From Candidatus Hermodarchaeota archaeon (GTDB lineage Archaea > Asgardarchaeota > Heimdallarchaeia > Hodarchaeales > Hodarchaeaceae), in the NCBI GenBank assembly GCA_048886185.1, contig JBHLKY010000001.1, positions 180,001-212,000 on the forward strand: a DNA stretch of 32,000 nt. Reading direction: 5' to 3'. Below are positions 9,001 through 16,884 of this stretch, piece by piece. Under the pieces are notes generated by a model. It had not been told where the DNA came from and did no database searches. It saw only the letters and a list, made by a program, of their open reading frames with translations. Position numbers and translations under genes: made by a program. The stretch's first letter is position 1. Each line of letters opens with the position of its first letter.

Positions 9001-10631
9001 CAGGCACTTATTACCTGTATGGACGAGTATATTGCGAAAGTGGTGGTGATAGTTTCTATTTCAGTTCAGACTTCTTAGATTTACCTGTAGGCCTCTTCAA
9101 CTTTACTTTTCAAATGGATGCTGGCTGGATACGAGGTCATGCTGATGGCTCCCAATATTATATCAGCTACATGCATCTTTATCAGTACATTCCATCTGAA
9201 GGTGAAATCCTACGAGATCGAGTCGAGCAATCCCAGTATTTCAGTCGTCTTTATTATCATCATGAATTCGATATACCTGATGCTTGGATTATCGGTATTC
9301 TCACAAATTATCCTTTAGATTTTGATTATGATGGATATTATGATGCATACCGAATAATCTTCCAAGTGAATGTAACTGTACATAATTTTGATTTGCACAT
9401 TTACGCGGTGATAACTGAACAAGAAACCTACAATTGGATAGCTTCAAGTTACATTGATTTATATGATTTGACTATCGGTATTCACAATATCTCTATTGAT
9501 TTCCGTGGCGATGAGATCTATGATAGTGGCTTTACAAATGGAATGCAAATTGACTGGTATGAACTTTATAGAATATCCGATTGGGTGATGATAGATAGCT
9601 CTGACAGGGAAATTCCTCTTACTATATTATACGACTATACTGATTTCAATTCCAAATTCTATAAGTTGATACGGGTCTATAGTATCAATGTTCAAGAGAA
9701 TGAATATGAAGAACTGGTCGTAAATGTAACTATTCTTCGTGAGGGTACAGAGTCAATTCTTTCAGTTGAGATAGAAACAGAATTTGGCTGGTATGGGATG
9801 TCTAGAATTTATATTGGTGGGAATTACGAAATCTGGACTTTCACCTATACACCTTCATCTCTCGAAACCTATACATTTACTGTTTATGTTGAGGGAGATA
9901 GAGGTTCAGACGATAGTAAGACCTATCAGGTCGGTATCCCAGAAATTCGAGTTTTCACTATGAACACATCATTACCAGTAACCCTTGGAGGAGCCATTCA
10001 CTTTGAGACAGTTGTACGTGATCCTGATGGAATTGCTGACGTTACATTAGTCACTTTTGAGACAAGCTATCCAATGTTGTTTATAAAAAGTAGCTCTATG
10101 GGTGAAATTTGGGCAGTAGACGTGACTTTTAACGTCGCAGGGCAGTCATCTGCATATATCTTAGCAACAGATATGATTGGAGGTACCGCACAATCAGATA
10201 GTTTGATAATAATCGTTAACGAAGGTTCAGAGATTGATTACGTTACCATCTATCCAGGTACGACAATAGAAGCTAATACAGAAATTTCCTTCGAGATTGG
10301 TATTCAGAAATCCGATGCTATTATAACTAGTGTAACTCTTGAGATAATTGATGACCGTGGAAATGATTATCTTGTTCCTCTTGAAATGACAGATGAAACT
10401 GATGAGCTTGAGATTTATGGAGGCCAGTTCACTCCTGAAAGATCTGGATTATATGAATGTACAATTCGGGTTTTGAACACACGGAATCAAGAATCAGTCT
10501 ATGCGGTTACAATCACAGTGAGAGGCAATGAAGACATCGAAATGATTACACTTGGCTTTGAGGTACTACTAGGCATCGGTATTCTTGTACTTTTCTCCAT
10601 TAGAAGAAGATTCCTGAAGAAACAACGGTAA
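6033..10631 (+). CDS. Large secreted, membrane-anchored surface (glyco)protein with ~9 tandem beta-rich repeats carrying Dx[DN]xDG motifs
   Basis: N-terminal signal peptide (MTKLKIIFLILSLLLLGG), repeated D-x-D-x-D-G-x-Y/W-D units, many NxS/T sequons, C-terminal hydrophobic helix plus basic tail (LGFEVLLGIGILVLFSIRRRFLKKQR). Confidence 0.85.
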   Translation: MTKLKIIFLILSLLLLGGSTTLIITPLGSTTSFTQINSKIPPLRGGHDIIESSKIQSPILSPFLSIQFFPEPTFEVLQFSDHEMDLRGYGNDTVRFNMQFRPTSDRAWYYGYAQLWTSDTTTPISREAYWEAWVDPNTITIASFDISGYEILESGVNGPYSVRLRFYKDNGTSTLIYNNIFVHTTQFYSYTEFQPRPTIDSYTYSAIDTDFNGLYDWIEVYVTVTVSIPTNYYFSGTISGGGISEDARNNTYVSGTQIITLRFATWDFQSMSGSNTVSLTSFFMEHDTSPRYFIYSGNPSVSLGLYAASDFDESPFKPTGRFWERGYDTDADGFYNYYRFTIEINKTRIEEGEFRLYATLYQPPSSSITGVWDNYVSSLSLNTIGLVNASFDFNGIEIYKSGIVDTNFLVKNIQGYYQHRPNIGWNWDDWVYFSSVELYTVTYYNYTDFEGPGAALTHNFNDYGFDTDNDGLYNYIIVEVEIDVFIDGEYYLSSWLDISSTYQDIDYASTSIYLTVGIHWVQLQYDGIEFFRQAVNDYVKFEYLTLQGGSPSTELDYNNTAILSYYVFTQFDPPKARFTGIYSDTTADTNSDGIWDELRISVEVEINETGRYQVHGSLRNPITGDGVGVDSEAMDVLLVGTVSFVLPFPGDWIWRQHINTTYLLDYVSISEVDDNDNQIYTWDSKGTPFTTDFVYNSAEFIAPVAFFTGNFYEALFDSDLDTLNDFLVIGVEVEVSQTIDLSIEGYIELENTIWAYTYAYNLSPGTHWIEIKFVSYQLYKTFVNRIYSINFYLYRTDFWDQLDYYHDYVTDSYDYTEFDPPPAEFTDNFFDYGVDSDVPGNGKFDYVELAFEVIVVETGMYRIFGGVYADEGGESYYFSTDWETLTPGTHNITATIEPYWFLGHSSGTSAYVSYVDLIEYREIDSIGYDLNLDYNRENRPLTNTYNHNEFDPPPIAFTDAIFDYGVDSDVPSNGKFDVLELAIEVNVTEAGTYYLYGRVYCESGGDSFYFSSDFLDLPVGLFNFTFQMDAGWIRGHADGSQYYISYMHLYQYIPSEGEILRDRVEQSQYFSRLYYHHEFDIPDAWIIGILTNYPLDFDYDGYYDAYRIIFQVNVTVHNFDLHIYAVITEQETYNWIASSYIDLYDLTIGIHNISIDFRGDEIYDSGFTNGMQIDWYELYRISDWVMIDSSDREIPLTILYDYTDFNSKFYKLIRVYSINVQENEYEELVVNVTILREGTESILSVEIETEFGWYGMSRIYIGGNYEIWTFTYTPSSLETYTFTVYVEGDRGSDDSKTYQVGIPEIRVFTMNTSLPVTLGGAIHFETVVRDPDGIADVTLVTFETSYPMLFIKSSSMGEIWAVDVTFNVAGQSSAYILATDMIGGTAQSDSLIIIVNEGSEIDYVTIYPGTTIEANTEISFEIGIQKSDAIITSVTLEIIDDRGNDYLVPLEMTDETDELEIYGGQFTPERSGLYECTIRVLNTRNQESVYAVTITVRGNEDIEMITLGFEVLLGIGILVLFSIRRRFLKKQR
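6606..9641 (+). repeat. Eight in-frame tandem protein-domain repeats (118-138 aa each), plus one degenerate copy upstream (~6240-6605)
   Basis: Unit boundaries [EDQ]F[DEQI]xP at 6606, 6960, 7374, 7740, 8127, 8481, 8877, 9264, ending near 9642; periods 354, 414, 366, 387, 354, 396, 387, 378 nt. Loop motifs: DTDFNG, DTDADG, DTDNDG, DTNSDG, DSDLDT, DSDVPGNG, DSDVPSNG, DFDYDG. Confidence 0.88.
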
Positions 10632-10632
10632 T

Positions 10633-10663
10633 CTTTCTTCATTCCTCTTTTTTTTTATTTTTT
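10633..10663 (+). terminator. Oligo-T (archaeal-type) transcription terminator after the surface protein gene
   Basis: Pyrimidine/T tract (CTTTCTTCATTCCTCTTTTTTTTTATTTTTT) directly after the TAA at 10629-10631, with no GC hairpin. Confidence 0.6.
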
Positions 10664-10728
10664 AACCTTATCTTGGGTAGCTTTTTTAAAATATTTGATT
10701 TTCACCCTTATTTACTGAAATAGTTATT

Positions 10729-12621
10729 TTGACAATTGCCACAATCCACTTACTTTTAAGGTGGAGAAACAATGATCCATTTGTGTCGAAACGGATGAAT
10801 TCTCCCCCAAAATTTAAAAAATCATTTACACGCTGGTTACTAAGTCATTTGACTGCAAAACCCTTTATAATAGTTGGTGTGCTAATAGGAACTGCTTTTG
10901 GGATTTTTACTCGATTGCTAATTCCAATTATTTTAGGCCAAGCGATTGATGTTGCTATCATCGATAAAAGAGATCTATTAAGTTCTGAAGCCCAATCCTC
11001 TCTATTAACTGATTATGTTCTTTTTCTCTTATTGTTAGGCATATTTCGGTTTATCATTGGGGTAGTGACGACCATCGCGAATGACGGGCTTGCGTGGAAT
11101 GCACAACGACGAATCAGGGAAGAATTTTTTGAAGAAATGCAGAATAAGCCTCTTAAATTTCATGACTCTGTTCGAACTGGTGAATTAATGGCTCTTGCCA
11201 CAAATGATTTAGGACAAGTGGGTGGATTGATCAGTCCTGGATTCGGGATGATAGCAGATGTCTTTATTTCTATTATCCTCTCTGCAATATTAGTCTTAGG
11301 AGTATTAAATTCCCCTGAGTTGATAGTACTTTCTATTCCCTTTCTTATTGCCTACATATGGGCTGTTCTAAGTTTTAATCGTAAAATGGCACCAATAAGC
11401 TATACTTTCATGAGGAAATGGAGTGCCATTGCCACCGCGGTTCAAGATAATATCACAGGAGCTGAGGTAGTAAGGGCATTTGCAGAGGAATCATATGAGA
11501 GGCAAAAATTTATGAAATTTGTTCTTGATTTTAGAAGCACTTGGTATCGTCAAGCAGTACTCCAAGCACGTTATTTTCCAACACTTATCCTATTTTCAGC
11601 AATTGGAATTTCTGCTATAGCTGGATCTTACCTCGTTTTTCTTGATAAACTTACTATTGGAGGTTTGATTGCCTTTAATGGTTTATTAATCAGCTTACTA
11701 TTTCCAACATATGTGATAGGCTTTGCCATTCGGATTTTTAATGGAGGGATGGCTGGAGCACGTAGAATTCATGCAATGGAAATTCGAGAGGAATGTGAGG
11801 AAAACGGAGAGAATGAAAAGGAGTTTCCATCTCACATTACAGGTATTATTCGTTTCAAGAATGTAAGCTTCAAGTATCCAACATCAAAGAAACCTGTTTT
11901 AGATAATATAAATTTTGCAGTAGCTCCAGGGCAGACCATTGCTATTGTTGGCCCCACTGGATCAGGGAAATCTTCCCTAACAAACTTATTACTCAGACTT
12001 TATGATTATGAGGGAGAAATTACTATAGATGGAGTAAATATCAAGGATTACTCTCTTGAATCTTTAAGAAAGAGATTTGGGAGAATCGAACAAGATATAT
12101 ACTTATTTCCACGTTCAATTAAAGAGAATATAATCTTTGGCGCGAGAGGAGCTAACCAGTCTGATGTTGAACGTGCTGCCCGATTAGCTCAAGCTCACGA
12201 CTTTATTATGCAGTTACCGAAGGGTTATGATACTTATGTGGGAGAAGGGGGAAGTCAGCTATCTGGAGGACAGAGGCAGAGGGTCGCTCTCGCAAGGACT
12301 TTCCTCACAAATCCCAGCATACTAATTTTTGATGATTCGACGAGCTCTGTAGACTCTAAGACTGAGGAGAAAATTGTCAAGGCCATAAATACCGTTATTG
12401 AAGGTAGAACTACGTTTGTGATTACACATAGACTGTCTACCATCCGTCAAGCTGATTGTATCATTGTACTCAAAGGTGGAAGAATTGTTGCAAAGGGTCA
12501 TCATTCGAAATTAATAGTTACTTCACCAGATTACCGCCGAATATTCGGTAAAAATGTAGAACTTCCTCCTTTAGAAGTGAGTCAACCTACGTTAACACCT
12601 ACTGCTGCTGGAGGTTCTTAA
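10729..12621 (+). CDS. ABC exporter half-transporter (TMD+NBD), subunit with degenerate Walker B; true start probably GTG 10783 or ATG 10795
   Basis: Hydrophobic transmembrane domain, GPTGSGKS, LSGGQRQR, Walker B ILIFDD (Glu to Asp), ITHR. Confidence 0.93.
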   Translation: MTIATIHLLLRWRNNDPFVSKRMNSPPKFKKSFTRWLLSHLTAKPFIIVGVLIGTAFGIFTRLLIPIILGQAIDVAIIDKRDLLSSEAQSSLLTDYVLFLLLLGIFRFIIGVVTTIANDGLAWNAQRRIREEFFEEMQNKPLKFHDSVRTGELMALATNDLGQVGGLISPGFGMIADVFISIILSAILVLGVLNSPELIVLSIPFLIAYIWAVLSFNRKMAPISYTFMRKWSAIATAVQDNITGAEVVRAFAEESYERQKFMKFVLDFRSTWYRQAVLQARYFPTLILFSAIGISAIAGSYLVFLDKLTIGGLIAFNGLLISLLFPTYVIGFAIRIFNGGMAGARRIHAMEIREECEENGENEKEFPSHITGIIRFKNVSFKYPTSKKPVLDNINFAVAPGQTIAIVGPTGSGKSSLTNLLLRLYDYEGEITIDGVNIKDYSLESLRKRFGRIEQDIYLFPRSIKENIIFGARGANQSDVERAARLAQAHDFIMQLPKGYDTYVGEGGSQLSGGQRQRVALARTFLTNPSILIFDDSTSSVDSKTEEKIVKAINTVIEGRTTFVITHRLSTIRQADCIIVLKGGRIVAKGHHSKLIVTSPDYRRIFGKNVELPPLEVSQPTLTPTAAGGS

Positions 12622-14478
12622 ATGGGTTGGATTTTTGAAGGTATAGATCGACAGGATCAGGAAAGGAACTATTCAGACTGGGAATTGGTCAGACGTAGTA
12701 TTAAGAGAATTACTCCCTTTAAACGGCCGATAATTATTTCTTCGATTACTACGGTTATTATTACCATTACTAGTTTATTGACTCCATTAATATTCGGTAA
12801 TATCATTGACTCTCTTCAAAATCCGCAATTAACAGATAATATGGTATTATTTTTAGTCTGTGGCGGGATTAGTTACTTTTTTTTGTATATTCTATCATGG
12901 GTGGCGGACTATATAATTAACATTCAATCTGCGAAGTTTGTACCTGACTTTATGGTAACATTAAGGGCTGATATTTTTGGAGCCCTTCAAAAACAGGACA
13001 TGAAATTCTTTGATAAACACCGAAGTGGACGTTTGAATTCACGGGTTTCGAGTGATGCTTCAGACTATGGAGTAGCAATCTCGATTGTCATGACGATTAT
13101 AGGTCACTTTCTTGTGTTAATTATGATATTTATTATTTTAGCATTTATCGATCTTCCATTAACACTTCTTTCTATTTTAGTTATCCCAATCCTTTTAATA
13201 ATGAGTTACTTATTTCGTAGAGTAGCAAGAATAACGAGTATGAGCTTTCGACGAGCCCATGCAGCTGTAAATTCTGCGATGGCTGAATCTGTGAATGGAA
13301 TTCAGGTTAGTAAGTCATTTGGAGTAGAGACAGAGATTCTTGATGAATTCAAGGAAATAAATAAACGTCATTTTATAGCAGGTTATCGAAGGAGTATTTC
13401 CATGGGGATGTTTTTCCCATTTGTAGATTTGTTGTCAGCAATCGGGACAGTGGCTATTTTAGGGATTGGTGGTCAGGGTGCAATTTCAAATTATGGTTTT
13501 GTAACAGCAGGAATTCTCTACATTTTTTTAAGCTATTTAACACGATTCTTCTTTCCTATTACTCAACTAGTTAACTTTTATTCCCAATTGCAAGCTGGAT
13601 TTGCTGGTTATGAACGTATACTGCAAATAATTGATTCAGAACCAGAAGTTCAAGATCTTGGTGATGTTGAAGTCAACCAGATTCAGGGAAAGATTGAATT
13701 CAAGAATGTTGACTTTGAATATGTAGCTAATGCTCCAGTATTAAGAAAATTTTCTTTAACAGTTCAACCAGGAGAAAAATTAGCCATTGTAGGGCACACA
13801 GGAGCTGGAAAAACTTCAATCATATCGTTATTAGCCCGATTTTATGAATTTCAGGGAGGAGAGATTTTGATTGATGATATTTATATCCGTGACATCACGC
13901 TTAAATCATATCGAAAACATTTAGGAATTGTACTCCAAACTCCATTCCTATTTAATGGGAATATTGAGGAAAATATTTGTTATGGAAGGAAAGACGCAAG
14001 TAAAGAAGACTTTAAGAGAGCTTTGAAAATTTCAAGAGTAGATGAAGTTCTAGAATATTTAAAAGATGGATTACAAACCCAAGTTGGCGAGGGGGGATGT
14101 TTATTGAGTACAGGTCAAAGACAACTCGTTAGTTTTGCTCGAGCGCTTTTAGCAGATCCTAGAATACTCATCTTGGATGAAGCCACCTCTTCTGTTGATG
14201 CGTATACTGAAAGTATGATCCAAGAGTCGCTTGAAGAATTAATGAGAGGGCGAACATCGATAGTTATTGCTCATCGGTTAAGTACAGTCAAAAATGCTGA
14301 TCGAATTATTGTATTAGATCAAGGAAAGATTATTGAAGAAGGAACTCATGAAGGGTTACTCTCTCAAGGTGGAGAGTACGCCAATTTATATAACACCTAT
14401 TTCAGGCATCAAGAGGTAGCATGGGTACTTGATGAGACAATTCAGCAAGCTGCTGTTGAAACGACCACCCCACCTTAA
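12622..14478 (+). CDS. ABC exporter half-transporter (TMD+NBD), partner subunit
   Basis: Abuts the previous gene (TAA-ATG). GHTGAGKT, non-canonical signature LSTGQRQ, canonical ILILDEAT, IAHR. Confidence 0.95.
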   Translation: MGWIFEGIDRQDQERNYSDWELVRRSIKRITPFKRPIIISSITTVIITITSLLTPLIFGNIIDSLQNPQLTDNMVLFLVCGGISYFFLYILSWVADYIINIQSAKFVPDFMVTLRADIFGALQKQDMKFFDKHRSGRLNSRVSSDASDYGVAISIVMTIIGHFLVLIMIFIILAFIDLPLTLLSILVIPILLIMSYLFRRVARITSMSFRRAHAAVNSAMAESVNGIQVSKSFGVETEILDEFKEINKRHFIAGYRRSISMGMFFPFVDLLSAIGTVAILGIGGQGAISNYGFVTAGILYIFLSYLTRFFFPITQLVNFYSQLQAGFAGYERILQIIDSEPEVQDLGDVEVNQIQGKIEFKNVDFEYVANAPVLRKFSLTVQPGEKLAIVGHTGAGKTSIISLLARFYEFQGGEILIDDIYIRDITLKSYRKHLGIVLQTPFLFNGNIEENICYGRKDASKEDFKRALKISRVDEVLEYLKDGLQTQVGEGGCLLSTGQRQLVSFARALLADPRILILDEATSSVDAYTESMIQESLEELMRGRTSIVIAHRLSTVKNADRIIVLDQGKIIEEGTHEGLLSQGGEYANLYNTYFRHQEVAWVLDETIQQAAVETTTPP

Positions 14479-14713
14479 GTTACCAAAAGAAAGAAGGAGA
14501 GAAATCACTGAGTAATCTCCTAGAAGTCGTTTAAATAGTTATTTTGTTTCGTTTTAAATAATAGGGAAATTAAATTCAAACTATTATATAAAAGCATACT
14601 CCCTCTTAGATAATTTCATAATTTACACTTATTTGATTTTTTTTCAAAGAAGCTATCTTTTTACTTTTTATGTAATTCTTCTTGCAAGATGCTTATCATT
14701 ATTATTCTGACTG

Positions 14714-15733
14714 GTGATGAAGATGGAAACTATTGATGAAGATTTAATAAGCTGTCTTACGATTCCAGGTCAATCAGGCTTTGAAACACCTATTCGTAAG
14801 TTTCTTGTGGAGAAATTAGTTAAATATGGAGAAATCGCACGTGATAACTTGGGATCAATTATCTGCAAAATTGAAGGAAAACATAATCAAGGATTAAAAT
14901 GGTTCATCGGTGCCCATATGGACACTTGTGGCTTTTTAGTGCATAGTATTAGTAATGGGTTAGTAAAATGCCTTAATTTTGGATATCAAGATATTCAAGC
15001 CTGTCATCTTCAGCCTGTGGCCATTTCAACGAAAAATGGATATGTCGATGGATTGATGTATTCTAAACAAGAGGATAAAAGTACAATCAGCTTTAAAATT
15101 GATGTTGGGCTTCGATCTTCAAAGGAAGTGAGTGCTTTAGGAATTCAAGCTGGCGATCCTGTTCACTTTACAATCCCTCCCTTTCTTGTTGGTAATCCAT
15201 CACAGAAAGTATTATGTTCCCCCCGATTAGATAATCGCTTGGGAATTTTCGAATTACTCCTCTTGGCAGACTATTTAAACAAAGATCCCCCTCTAGATGA
15301 TGTTTTTTTAGTAGCTACTGTTGAAGAAGAGGTAGGAGCTCGTGGTGCTAAAACTGCTGCCCACAAAATTCAACCAGATCTAGCACTTATTTTAGACGTC
15401 ACTTATGACGACTACCCTGTTACGATAGGTGATGGACCTGTGATTACGATATCAGACAAATCTTCACTCTTATCGACTCATGTGCGGGATTATTTGCTTG
15501 ATTTAGCTAAGAAAAATAAGCTTCCTATTCAAACTGAAGTCTGGAATATCGGAGGTACCGATGCAGGTTCTGTAAGGGGATTTGGTGTACCAACCATACC
15601 TATTCTCACTGCTACAAAAAACAATCATACTCCAGTAGAAATGGCAAGTATTGATGACTGTTATTCTGTCGTACAGTTATGTCTGTTAATCATCAAGCAT
15701 AGTAAAGAAATACAAAATGCTTTTCAAGAGTGA
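14714..15733 (+). CDS. M42 family metallopeptidase (TET aminopeptidase-like)
   Basis: PGQSGFE, GAHMD, LDNRLG, TVEEEVGARGA, LDVT, GGTDA, NHTPVE. All expected metal ligands are present. Confidence 0.9.
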   Translation: MMKMETIDEDLISCLTIPGQSGFETPIRKFLVEKLVKYGEIARDNLGSIICKIEGKHNQGLKWFIGAHMDTCGFLVHSISNGLVKCLNFGYQDIQACHLQPVAISTKNGYVDGLMYSKQEDKSTISFKIDVGLRSSKEVSALGIQAGDPVHFTIPPFLVGNPSQKVLCSPRLDNRLGIFELLLLADYLNKDPPLDDVFLVATVEEEVGARGAKTAAHKIQPDLALILDVTYDDYPVTIGDGPVITISDKSSLLSTHVRDYLLDLAKKNKLPIQTEVWNIGGTDAGSVRGFGVPTIPILTATKNNHTPVEMASIDDCYSVVQLCLLIIKHSKEIQNAFQE

Positions 15734-15741
15734 GATAGGTT

Positions 15742-16842
15742 TCAATCTAAACTCATAATTTCATACTTAAGTTTATCGATAATATTGAGTTGTAGTTTAA
15801 TCTTCTCACAATACTGTTTGAAGTGAGGTATATCTACGTCATTAACAATTTTAGATTCTAGAAAACGATTGATATTCAGGAGAATTCCATTAAAATTTCC
15901 GCGAGTCTTGCCCAAACGGGACAGAATGGAAAATTTAGTTTCCTCTACCTGTACTTTTGTAGATAATGATTCCAACTCTGATTTGATTATGTTAATATTT
16001 ACCAATCCTTTTTTAAATTGTGAGTCATAGGTTTTTTTGAGATCTAAAATGGTCCAAGGTGTTTTCCGCCAATAATAACATTTATATGGTACAGGATTCG
16101 TAAATCCCAATTTTAAAGCTAATTTTGAAGATAGAGGGTTTGCAGCATCCCAATGAGGTTCAATCCCCTTTTTTAATAAATATTCAATAAGTTTAGCACT
16201 TACTAACGTCGCGAAACCTCTTCCACGATAATCTGGGTGGGTTACAATATCCAATTCAACACTTTTAGTAATTGGCATAGATGCCTTAAATCCAATCACT
16301 ATGGAAATAATTTTCTCACCTTCTTGAATACAGAAACCTACTCCTTCCTCAACAAATCTCTCGGGGCCTCCCAAGTAGTTTATAACGTTTACCCAATGAT
16401 CAGCTAAATTTTGACTTAAAATTCGTTTAACTACTTCCACATCAACCTTTTTTATCTCAAACCCTTCTGGTATGGCAACTAATAATCTTTGAATATTCTG
16501 TAATGATAGGTTTTGAGTAGAGAGCTCAGTACGGAGAAAATATCCCAAATAAGTCCATTGGGTTTTGAGTCTTGATTCCCATTCTTGGGAGGGAACATAG
16601 ATAAATGCTTTCTCTGGAATTTTCTCTAAAAATTCTTTGAGATTCTCTACTTTGCTGTTTCCTGATAAATAACATGCCCATTGCTGACACAGAAACATTA
16701 TAACTTCTGGATTCTTTAAGTCATCAGCATATCCCTCTACCTTAGACCATATTAAATTTTGTGCAAGTGGATTCAAGAATCTATGTCCCTTAAAGAAAGG
16801 CCAAAAATCCATTAATTGCTTCTGTGGTATTTTTATGATCAT
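15742..16842 (-). CDS. GNAT family acetyltransferase with ~110-aa C-terminal extension
   Basis: GVGFCI, ELDIVTHPDYRGRGFAT (acetyl-CoA motif A), PHWDAANPLSSKLALKLGF. Confidence 0.88.
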   Translation of the reverse strand: MIIKIPQKQLMDFWPFFKGHRFLNPLAQNLIWSKVEGYADDLKNPEVIMFLCQQWACYLSGNSKVENLKEFLEKIPEKAFIYVPSQEWESRLKTQWTYLGYFLRTELSTQNLSLQNIQRLLVAIPEGFEIKKVDVEVVKRILSQNLADHWVNVINYLGGPERFVEEGVGFCIQEGEKIISIVIGFKASMPITKSVELDIVTHPDYRGRGFATLVSAKLIEYLLKKGIEPHWDAANPLSSKLALKLGFTNPVPYKCYYWRKTPWTILDLKKTYDSQFKKGLVNINIIKSELESLSTKVQVEETKFSILSRLGKTRGNFNGILLNINRFLESKIVNDVDIPHFKQYCEKIKLQLNIIDKLKYEIMSLD

Positions 16843-16884
16843 TACTGATCGCTCGTTCTCGCGACTTGATGAAGAAATAGAAAT

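Noticed and set aside
14495-14521. AGGAGA...TCTCCT inverted repeat after the second ABC gene
   Set aside because: Only a 6-bp stem with a 15-nt loop and no T-tract directly after; too weak to call.
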